7,906 nt of DNA from Octopus sinensis (lineage: Eukaryota). Position numbers and translations under genes: made by a program. Every line of letters starts with the position of its first letter. The stretch's first letter is position 1. The notes beneath the pieces were generated by a model, which did no database searches, had not been told where the DNA came from, and saw only the letters and a program-made list of their open reading frames with translations. Shown here piece by piece: positions 1 through 7,356 of this stretch. The DNA is taken from contig NW_021828678.1 of NCBI RefSeq assembly GCF_006345805.1, forward strand, positions 1 through 7,906, in the 5' to 3' direction.

Positions 1-448
1 TATCAATAAGATTAATATTTTATGCTGTACCTTTTACAGAATTCATCCGATTTTGAGGAAATTTGACATTGAAGTAAAGTTTATGGTCGGAGTCATGTAG
101 TAGAATTAAAATTAAATAATTGAAAAAATTATCGTCAAAATTCACTCACAATAAAATAATGAACTGATTTTGAAGACAATTGACCCCTGAGTAAAATTAA
201 GCAACTCGACATATGAAACATCAATTATATAATGTATTGGGATTTAAGTCAATGGGATATTTTCCTGTAAATGGCCGCATGGATTCTATTTTATGGCATA
301 ACCTTAACACTTTTCTTCGGATTTTGCTGAGATTTGACATGCTGATCAATTTTGTACAGAGGGTGGCACTAAGGGGGATGAGAAATAAGCAAAGATGACT
401 CTCAACACCCAAAGGTTTAACTGAGATTTTGGACGATCAAGTAGTAGC

Positions 449-467
449 ATATATATATATATATATA
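449..467. repeat. (TA)n microsatellite at the 5' truncation point of the LINE
   Basis: Direct read: about 9.5 AT units. Confidence 0.95.
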
Positions 468-1285
468 GCATACAGTTTAATGCTGAAAAGTTTCAAGCTT
501 TATGCTATCAGCATGCAAAACTAAATGCAATATCCATTAAATACTCTGGACCTGGGGAACACTCAGTGCGAGACCTGGGTATTTACATGAGTAATGATGA
601 CTCCTTCCATGTGCATGTTGCTAAATTGGCAACGAAATACAGGCGGCTTACCGGATGGATTCTTAGAACTTTTAGAACAAGAAATCAGGAAATCATGATG
701 GTCCTCTGGAGGACACTTGTCCTAAGCCATTTTCACTATTGCTCTCGGCTATGTCACCAACCAGTGTCAAATTAATCTCAGAACTTGAGGCAATCCAACA
801 AAGCTACACGAAAATGATAGCCTCTGTGCAGCATATAAGCTACTGGGAAAGAGATTAAGACTCTATTCCTTAGAACGTAGGCGAGAAAGGTATGCCATAG
901 AATATGGAACATCCTGGAAGGACTTGTCCCAAACTTTGGCATCGAGAGTTACGCAGATACTAGAACTGGGCGCCACTGCATGGTGCCATGAACTCCAAAT
1001 TTGCCATCAAGATATAGGACAAAATACTGCAATCGCCTGGGCTTCAGAGGTCCATAGCCCTCTAATATCCTCCCGAAGGACCTGAGAGACCTCCATGTCA
1101 AGTGTCCCAGATAATCCGACTTCGCGGCAGGAGATGCAGATGAGGGTAGCGGCATCAAACCCCCTTATGCACCAAATGTCAATACCTAAAAAGCATTCGT
1201 GACGTAAAATTATGTATCAACACCAACCGGCGGTGGCCCAGCATGGCCACAGCTCGTGAGCTGAACTAGATATATATAAAAAAAG
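468..1285 (+). mobile_element. 5'-truncated, decayed non-LTR retrotransposon (CR1/L2-group LINE): C-terminal RT/thumb region, 3' UTR and tail
   Basis: Manual translation across frameshifts and stops from 473: QFNAEKFQAL...VRDLGIYMSNDDSFHVHVAKLATKYRRLTGWILRTFRTRNQEIMMVLWRTLVLSHFHYCSRL(W)SPTSVKLISELEAIQQSYTKMIASVQHISYWER..LRLYSLERRRERYAI..ILEGLVPNFGIESY..TRTGRHC..NILPKDLRDLH..SVPDNPTSRQ..AASNPLMHQ..; stop at 1200-1202. This matches the post-RT motif series of CR1/L2-group LINEs (FN.EKF, RDLG, YCS.LWSP, LE.IQ, LYSLERRR). Frameshifts near 753, 852 and 900-912. The 3' UTR ends in a hairpin (1250-1263) followed by a TA/A-rich tail. The exact clade is not assigned. Confidence 0.9.
473..1202 (+). pseudogene. 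Disrupted reverse transcriptase (ORF2) C-terminal remnant of the LINE; includes track ORF 566..775
   Basis: Multiple frameshifts, in-frame stops and an apparent internal deletion near 1097. There is no start codon or RT catalytic core in the window. Confidence 0.85.
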
Positions 1286-1585
1286 TATATATAAATATAT
1301 ACATTCTAGTGTGTATATATATATATTATAATATACCATATATATATACACATGCATATATATATATGCATATATATACACACTCATACATACATACATA
1401 TTCATATATATGCACGCATACACATATACAGATATATATCTACATATACACGTATAAATATATATACACACACAAATATACATATATATATATATAGGTA
1501 CATATACGTACATATATATACACATACACACACATACACATATACATACGTACCTCTCTCTATATATACTTACACACGCACACAG
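1286..1585. repeat. Degenerate compound (TA)/(CA)/(CATA) low-complexity tract
   Basis: Direct read; accounts for ORFs 1217..1873, 1309..1497 and 1352..1591. Confidence 0.9.
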
Positions 1586-1589
1586 AAAT

Positions 1590-1613
1590 AGACAGAGACA
1601 CAGACAGATAGAC

Positions 1614-1692
<79 letters not shown>

Positions 1693-1734
1693 CTGATCGA
1701 AAGATAGATAGAAAGCTAGGGCGTGTCTGTATAT

Positions 1735-1766
<32 letters not shown>
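1590..1766 (+). repeat. Compound (GACA)n-(GATA)n microsatellite (perfect GATA run ~1615-1692) followed by (AG)n at ~1737-1766
   Basis: Direct read. Confidence 0.95.
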
Positions 1767-1772
<6 letters not shown>

Positions 1773-2114
1773 AGAAGAACTTGAAGACAGACAAAAGAAG
1801 ACATGACATTGGAGAAATAAATTGTGTGATATTGAAATACAAGGCAGTACACACACACGCACAACACTGACATAGATACGTATATATGCGTGTGTGTATG
1901 TATGTGTGTATGTATGTATGTGTGCGTGTGTATGTGTGAGCATCATAAAGGCGGACCAACACAGCGTGACGATATACGGTGACATGTAGGGTGTGGTGGT
2001 GATGTATATGTATTCTACGAGAATTTATTGATAATATCAGAAACGTCTTGGATTTCAGAGAATCGATTTCAAACGATCAATGCACTCCCGCGCTTACACA
2101 TACACACAGACACA

Positions 2115-2532
2115 TACTCGTTTTACTCTTTTACTTGTTTCAGTCATTTGACTGCGGCCATGCTGGAGCACCGAATTTTAGTCGAGCAAATCGACCCCGG
2201 GACTTATTCTTTGTAAGCCCAGTACTTATTCTATCGGTCTCTTTGCCGAACGCTAGTGACGGGACGTAAACACACCAGCATCGGTTGTCAAGCAATGCTA
2301 GAGGGACAAACACAGACACACAAACATATACACACACACTTAAATATATATATATATATACATATATACGACAGGCTTCTTTCAGTTTCTGTCTACCAAA
2401 TCCACTCACAAGGCTTTGGTCGGCCCCGGGGCTATAGCAGAAGACACTTGCCCAAGATGCCACGCAGTGGGACTGAACCCGGAACCATGTGGTTGGTTAG
2501 CAAGCTACTTACCACACAGCCACTCCTGCACC
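2115..2532 (-). mobile_element. Near full-length tRNA-derived SINE (Octopus-type) with internal microsatellite and LINE-derived 3' tail
   Basis: Minus-strand head GGTGCAGGAGTGGCTGTGTGGTAAGTAGC...GGTTCCGGGTTCAGTCCCACTG with an A-box-like TGGCTGTGTGG (2512-2522) and B-box-like GGTTCAGTCCC (2469-2479). The body is clearly similar to a second copy at 5828-6122. The 3' end has a hairpin CAGTCAAATGACTG (2141-2154) and a (GAGTAAAA)-type tandem tail. No clear target-site duplication. Family name not assigned. Confidence 0.9.
2469..2522 (-). promoter_or_regulatory. Internal RNA polymerase III type-2 promoter (A and B boxes) of the SINE head
   Basis: A-box TGGCTGTGTGG vs consensus TRGCNNARYGG; B-box GGTTCAGTCCC vs GGTTCRANNCC; tRNA-like spacing of about 32 nt. 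Confidence 0.7.
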
Positions 2533-2854
2533 GATTTACCATTTCTATGTCTACAATCGCAGATAAATACGTATATACGAATGTATCTGCATTACATATA
2601 GATATAAGTTTGCATATTATCGTTATTTCTCCGTCTGTATCTCTCGTCATCAATCTGGAGGTCAAACTTATGAAACAAACACACACACACGTGTGTTCCC
2701 CCCCCCCCCGGCTTTCTTCTTTCTCATCTTCTATTCTCCTCTTCTTTCTCTCTCTCTCCGATCTCTATTCGACTTCCTCCACTATCCGAGGAAAAACTAA
2801 TTCCGAAACGTTGTCATTGACCCTATAACTGACATATGTGTGTTATATATATGC

Positions 2855-2914
2855 ATGTATGTATGTATGTATGTATGTATGTATGTATGTATGTATGTAT
2901 GTATGTATGTATGT
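2855..2914 (+). repeat. (ATGT)n microsatellite, ~15 units
   Basis: Direct read. Confidence 0.95.
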
Positions 2915-2949
2915 GTGTATATCTATATATATGCATATATATATAAGTA

Positions 2950-3134
2950 CATCATCATCATCATCATCATTTAGCGTCCGCTTTCCATGCTAGCATGGGT
3001 TGGACGGTTCAACTGGGGTCTGTGAAGCCGGAAGGCCGCATCAGGCCCAGTCTGATCTGGCAGTGTTTCTAAGCTGGATGCCCTTCCTAACGCCAACCAC
3101 TCCGTGAGTGTAGTTGGTGCTTTTTACGTGCCAC
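2950..3134 (-). mobile_element. 5'-truncated RTE-related SINE or RTE 3' fragment with (GAT)n tail
   Basis: GC-richer island between TA tracts. The minus strand carries GGTTGGCGTTAGGAAGGGCATCCAGC, a motif I recognise from RTE-associated SINEs, a 14-bp palindrome CCATGCTAGCATGG (2985-2998) just before the end, and a (GAT)7 tail (2950-2970). Short tandem tails are typical of RTE-mobilised elements. Confidence 0.7.
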
Positions 3135-3262
3135 GCATATTTATATGTATATTTATATATATATGTATATTTTATATATATATAATTATGTATATGTATA
3201 TATTTATATATATATATGTATATTTATATTTGTGTGTGTATGTGTGTGTGTGTATATATATA
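3135..3262. repeat. Degenerate (TA)/(TG) low-complexity tract
   Basis: Direct read. Confidence 0.9.
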
Positions 3263-3371
3263 TTCACTTACACATACAGATGTTCATATTCATGCACACA
3301 ATCATTATATACACCCGTTTAAGAAATTTAGGTTACCAAAAACTGAGAAAATAATGCTCAATAATAAATAT

Positions 3372-3415
3372 AGATTTAGAATAAGTCAAAATCGTCATAC
3401 ACACTGTATATATAT

Positions 3416-3448
<33 letters not shown>

Positions 3449-3479
3449 CAGTGTGTATGACGGTTTTTGATTTATTCTA

Positions 3480-3483
<4 letters not shown>
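3372..3483. repeat. Inverted repeat with ~36-bp arms (3372-3407 / 3448-3483) around a central (TA)n
   Basis: CGTCATACACACTGT (3393-3407) is the exact reverse complement of ACAGTGTGTATGACG (3448-3462). The outer arms pair with two G-T mismatches and two 1-nt bulges. Confidence 0.9.
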
Positions 3484-3548
<65 letters not shown>

Positions 3549-3632
3549 TATATATATATCTATATATATATATGTGTTGTGGTGTGTGTGTACATATATA
3601 TATATAGTATATATAGAGAGAGAGAGAGAGAT
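3481..3632. repeat. Compound (TC)n-(TA)n-(TG)-(TA)n-(AG)n microsatellite
   Basis: Direct read. Confidence 0.9.
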
Positions 3633-3664
3633 AGTGAGAGTGAGAAACATACATACGAACCTAT

Positions 3665-3925
3665 CTAGGAGATTATATAAAAGACAAAGTAACTAGAAAT
3701 TATGTAATGAAATCCCTTAGCTTACATCTGTTTCTCCTGCAATGCACTCACAGTTGAGTGTCTGTGTATCACCCTATACGTTCGTTGTAGGAATCTATAA
3801 GGTGATACGATACTGAAGCACTTCCCAATGAGCGCATTGCATCCTACAGCGGAAACAACTGTAAGCTAATGATTGTTCATTACATAACCTTTGTTCTTTC
3901 ATTGTCACTTATATAATTTCTTTAG
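3665..3925. repeat. ~260-bp imperfect fold-back palindrome (possible decayed MITE)
   Basis: Collinear complementary blocks: 3673-3680/3909-3916 (8/8), 3683-3687/3902-3906 (5/5), 3700-3711/3876-3887 (12/12), 3717-3726/3860-3869 (10/10), 3729-3734/3852-3857 (6/6), 3738-3750/3829-3841 (12/13), 3766-3778/3796-3808 (12/13); loop 3779-3795. Confidence 0.9.
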
Positions 3926-4132
3926 TTTATACTTTATTTGTACTCTTTATTGGGAATTAAATATGTCTCACATATATAGGTGTATAAAGGTTGAATGCTG
4001 ATTCGTCCTTTAATTAGAGGTTTATAAAAAAAAAAGATTTCTAATGCTGATTCTTCATAGTTTGCTGGTAGTTTACAGGCGTAAATTTGCGAAGATACGA
4101 AAGTAGTACTTGTATATAATGTATGATGTATT

Positions 4133-4266
4133 TATGGAATGCAGTTCCATGTATCCTATCAATTTTATTAAAAATGGAGGAGACAGGTTGTTAAGAAGTT
4201 TAAACTTCTAAATTTTGACAACTTCTCTCCCCCATTTTAAATAAAATTGATGAACTTCAATCCATA
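4133..4266. repeat. ~134-bp imperfect fold-back palindrome
   Basis: 4158-4177/4232-4251 (19/20), 4178-4191/4218-4231 (11/14), 4133-4147/4252-4266 (13/15), central perfect 16-bp palindrome AGAAGTTTAAACTTCT (4194-4209). Confidence 0.85.
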
Positions 4267-4339
4267 ATTTCACCACATATTATCTATATATATATATATA
4301 TATATATGGTGTATACATATATACCTATTTTTCATTATG

Positions 4340-4510
4340 TATGCATCAGATGTTGGACCACTGAACTCTATACGTTTATTTTTTCTATTCATTTCTGTTG
4401 AAGAGCGTAGGCTCGAAACGTAAAGACTTTCTTTCGTCAAACTAATACACTTGCTTGTTGTTCATACACCTGACTTCATCTTTTGTTTTTTCATAACTTT
4501 CAACTATAAA
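4340..4510 (+). mobile_element. Probable Penelope-like element terminal (pLTR) fragment containing a minimal hammerhead motif
   Basis: Non-microsatellite island flanked by TA tracts, containing CTGTTGA-A-GAGC-GTAG-GCTC-GAAACGTA followed by a pyrimidine/T-rich run. This resembles Penelope pLTR ends with minimal hammerheads. No protein homology is visible, and the boundaries are approximate. Confidence 0.5.
4392..4425 (+). ncRNA. Minimal type I hammerhead ribozyme-like motif (core A6 mutated to U)
   Basis: CTGTTGA (4395-4401; consensus CUGANGA), stem II GAGC/GCTC with a GTAG loop (4403-4414), GAAAC (4415-4419), palindromic ACGT stem III, GTA cleavage triplet (4420-4422), weak stem I TTT/AAG. 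Confidence 0.55.
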
Positions 4511-5035
4511 TATATACATTTGTATTTATATGTATATTTACACATACACAAATGTATATATATATAAATATTTGTATGTGTGTGTATGTGTGAATATATA
4601 TTGTATATTTAGTACGTACGTGCATTTTTTTGCTTGTATACAAGCATGGATATAAGCATATATGTATGCATATAGGAATGATAGTATATGTAAATGTGTG
4701 CGTTTAGGAATGGTTGCTTGTATGACTGTATGAATGTACGCATCTATGTATTTAAACGCGCATGTATGTATATGTGTGTCAAGGTATACATTAAGTGGCT
4801 GCCTGGAAACGTGTAGGCCTGAATGTATACGTTCTACGGCCGTGATATAACCCGTGCATTCTACGAGCGGCGTGTGTGAGTACGTTTGTATATATGTGTA
4901 TATATGTGAATGTCTGTGTGTTTGTGAGTGTGTGTGTTTATATGAATGTGAATAAAGTATGCGATACCATGCGTTATACCATATGAATATCGCTTAAAAA
5001 TCAATATTTATATCAAAACGTTTCTATATTCTATT

Positions 5036-5277
5036 CATATATATATGTGTGTGTATATGCGTATGTATGTATGTATGTATGTATGTATGTATATATATAT
5101 ATACATGTATACAATCATACATATAGATATGTAAGACAAGCACATACATATACAAGCAAAAATGTGTGCATATACACACGCATACGCATGTATATGGACT
5201 TATGTATGATATATGCATCTCGGATCTATGTGCTACGTGCGTGTTTATTTTATGAAGTTACTTGCATGTGTGTGTTA

Positions 5278-5330
<53 letters not shown>
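5036..5330. repeat. Compound (TATG)n/(TA)n low-complexity region (pure TA run ~5285-5330)
   Basis: Direct read. Confidence 0.85.
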
Positions 5331-5332
<2 letters not shown>

Positions 5333-5589
5333 AACATGTGTGTATATGTATTTCTGTGATAGAAAATTCAACAGAAATCTACGCCATGTATGTACCTTTT
5401 AAATTTATATATATATGCATATTTATATGTATATAGTCCTTTGTGCCTGTGAGCTTATAGCCACCTGTCTATCTGTGTCTCCAGACATTCACACGCAATA
5501 TATATATATACAAATAGTTTATCTGTCTGTCTGTCTGTCTTTATATCTATTTACTTCCACCCTCTCTCTCTCTCTTTCTCACTTTCGTT

Positions 5590-5757
5590 CTACTTTTACA
5601 CTCACACACACACACATGTATATATACACATACATATTACATACATAGTATTATATACAGTTGTATATATATATATATGGCATGTGTATATTTATATATA
5701 TATATGTATATATGTGAGTGTGTGTATGTATACAGTCATGTTTGTATGTATGTATAG

Positions 5758-5795
<38 letters not shown>

Positions 5796-5825
5796 CGAGT
5801 GTATACATATGTATGTACATATATA
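5590..5825. repeat. Compound (CA)/(TA)/(TG) low-complexity region (pure TA run ~5760-5791)
   Basis: Direct read. Confidence 0.85.
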
Positions 5826-5827
5826 TC

Positions 5828-6122
5828 TTTATTCATTTATTGTTTCAGTCATTTCGCAGCGGCCATATTGGAGCACCGCTTTTTACTCGAACAAGTCGAC
5901 CCCAGGACTTATACTTTGTAAGCCTAGTACTTATTCTATCGGTCTTCTCTTGCCGAACGATAAGTTACGGTGATGTAAACACATCAACACAAGTTGTCAA
6001 GTGATGTAGGGGACAAACACAAGCAAACAAATATATATACACATTACGGGCTTCTTTCAGTTTCCATCTACTAAAAGGCTTCACTTGGCCTGAGGTTATA
6101 GTAGAAGACACTTGTCCAAGGT
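5828..6122 (-). mobile_element. Second, more diverged and 5'-truncated copy of the tRNA-derived SINE (no tRNA head)
   Basis: Collinear similarity to 2120-2455 (e.g. TGTTTCAGTCATTT, GGAGCACCG, AGTACTTATTCTATCGGTCT, TTGCCGAACG, GGGACAAACAC, GGCTTCTTTCAGTTTC, AGAAGACACTTG.CCAAG). It lacks the TCCACTCAC segment and stops before the B-box. Confidence 0.9.
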
Positions 6123-6176
6123 ATACACACACACATTTTTCTGTGTTAATTATAAACAAGGGGAAAATACACACAT

Positions 6177-6187
6177 CTATTTATCTA

Positions 6188-6256
<69 letters not shown>

Positions 6257-6271
6257 ATATATATATATATA
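6177..6271 (+). repeat. Compound (TCTG)n-(TCTA)n-(TA)n microsatellite
   Basis: Direct read. Confidence 0.95.
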
Positions 6272-6346
6272 TTCCTCACACGCTCACCTATACACACAAC
6301 ACCCCGCATTTCCAATTCATTCGCTGTTATTGTGTTTATGTATAAT

Positions 6347-6415
6347 CGCAGTCTGTGTGGCTGGAAACCTATCACAGCTTCCTTGATCCTGGTTCGAACC
6401 TAGTCTGTGTCAGTT
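6347..6415 (+). mobile_element. Possible highly degenerate tRNA-derived SINE head
   Basis: B-box GGTTCGAACC at 6391-6400, preceded by CGCAG..TCTGTGTGG resembling the head of the SINE at 2532 (GCAGGAGTGGCTGTGTGG). No SINE body follows and I cannot fold a full cloverleaf. Confidence 0.3.
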
Positions 6416-6639
6416 TAAATACTTCTTGTCTATTATTGTCACGTGTTGATCAGATAACTTCGTATTTTCTTTCCTTTTTTTTTGTTTTTCTTTTGGTTTA
6501 TACACAAACCCCTCGCGTGACAAAGTATATAGTCTCACGGTGTGTATATCTCAATGTGTGTATATCAGTATGTATGTGATGTATGCAAGTATGCGCATGA
6601 ATATATGAGATCTGTTTGTGCGTGAATGCTTATACGTTG

Positions 6640-6860
6640 ATGTATACATGTATGTATGCCTACACACACACACACACTCATACACACACACGTGTATGTA
6701 TTATATGTACATCAACAGAAGAATCTGTATGTACGCTTATGTATGTATATATATATATCTGTCTATATATATATATATGGGTGTGTGTATGTATGAATGT
6801 ATGTATATATGTGTGTATATATGTATATATGTATGTATATATGTATGTAGGTACGTATGC
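6640..6860. repeat. Compound (CA)/(TA)/(TATG) low-complexity region
   Basis: Direct read; accounts for ORFs 6616..7014 and 6618..7010. Confidence 0.85.
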
Positions 6861-7356
6861 ATGTCATTTATTTCAAGCTTTATTACAAGACTTCTTGCCA
6901 AGGTACTTCATTGCTCCAGGGTACCTTCATTGGAATTTGTACGTTTTGCTTTATGTATGTATTTTCATGCATATATTTACATATCTAGACATGCTCATGT
7001 ATGCATTTAAATAATAAACTTCTGGAAAGTTTTACAGATCTTTACAGTTCCAGTGATAGAGAAAACTGTAGTTTTCGAATTAGCTTTCTCCTTTCTGGTT
7101 TTCAGAAGCCTAATGTCTCAAGATTGGCAGTTAGGCAGTGTGTTACATATCATAGGCCCTAATAATTACCTCTATAAACCTGAACTTGTAATCTGGAAAG
7201 ATTAACTGCAGATTTCTCAATAGTTCAGTCATAGGTATTATTCTCTTTCTCTCACTTCAGCTTAGTTTACATCGCTGGGGCCGCTAATTTCCACAACTGT
7301 ACACAGTTTTCTCTTCTCTATCCCAAATCATTATACTAGGTCAGTTGTGCTTACAT
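6861..7356 (-). mobile_element. 5'-truncated non-LTR retrotransposon remnant with restriction-like endonuclease (RLE) domain, R4/Dong-like clade; includes 3' UTR
   Basis: Minus-strand translation across frameshifts: CKHN*PSIMIWDREEK/LCTVVEISGPSDVN..EKENNTY/ELLRNLQLIFPDYKFRFIEVIIRA/YVTHCLTANLETLGF*KPERRKLIRKLQ/SITGTVKICKTFQKFII*; stop at 7007-7009. This fits the RLE PD-(D/E)xK-type region (N-R-P-D-I...VVEISxP) and the following P-V-I-I-G-A-L-G ... LQ...GT.KI C-terminus of RLE-type elements. The 3' UTR has AATAAA twice (6879-6884, 6867-6872). The clade is inferred from motif recall. Not in the ORF track. Confidence 0.8.

Noticed and set aside
47-345. Similar segments CCGATTTTGAGGAAATTTGACAT (47-69) and CGGATTTTGCTGAGATTTGACAT (318-340), suggestive of a decayed non-autonomous DNA transposon
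   Set aside because: No terminal inverted repeats, TSD or boundaries could be defined; too weak to call.
213-412. Overlapping 61-aa and 63-aa ORFs on opposite strands
   Set aside because: Short, with no recognisable motif; expected by chance.
445-472. TAGCATA direct repeat on both sides of the (TA)n at the LINE 5' end
   Set aside because: It overlaps the TA repeat and is not matched at the LINE 3' end, so it is not a LINE target-site duplication; slippage is sufficient.
949-1158. 69-aa minus-strand ORF
   Set aside because: It is antisense to the LINE RT remnant, which explains the sequence.
1217-1873. 218-aa ORF and the other Y/I/C/V/H/T-rich ORFs (1309-1962, 3104-3470, 5024-5836, 5684-6403, 6616-7014, 7356-7550)
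   Set aside because: They are translations of microsatellites that happen to lack stop codons; no protein-like composition.
1851-1897. (CA)n to (TG)n polarity switches (also ~2680-2697 and ~6680-6700)
   Set aside because: The symmetry is confined to low-complexity units, so it cannot be distinguished from ordinary compound microsatellites.
2020-2047. TGAT-AAT-ATCA-GAAACGTC resembling the 3' half of a hammerhead
   Set aside because: No CUGANGA-like box upstream.
2028-2828. ORFs 2028..2216, 2048..2269, 2140..2463, 2256..2828, 2416..2601, 2432..2686
   Set aside because: They run through the SINE and adjacent simple repeats in arbitrary frames. Similar 'hypothetical proteins' are typical SINE-derived mis-annotations.
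3994-4053. 11-bp direct repeat AATGCTGATTC (3994-4004, 4043-4053)
   Set aside because: Only two copies with an unremarkable spacer; not an array or convincing TSD.
4631-4646. Perfect 16-bp palindrome TGCTTGTATACAAGCA, and a 14-bp inverted match between 4627-4640 and 5149-5162
   Set aside because: Neither extends; both lie in degenerate TA/TG sequence, where short symmetric matches are common.
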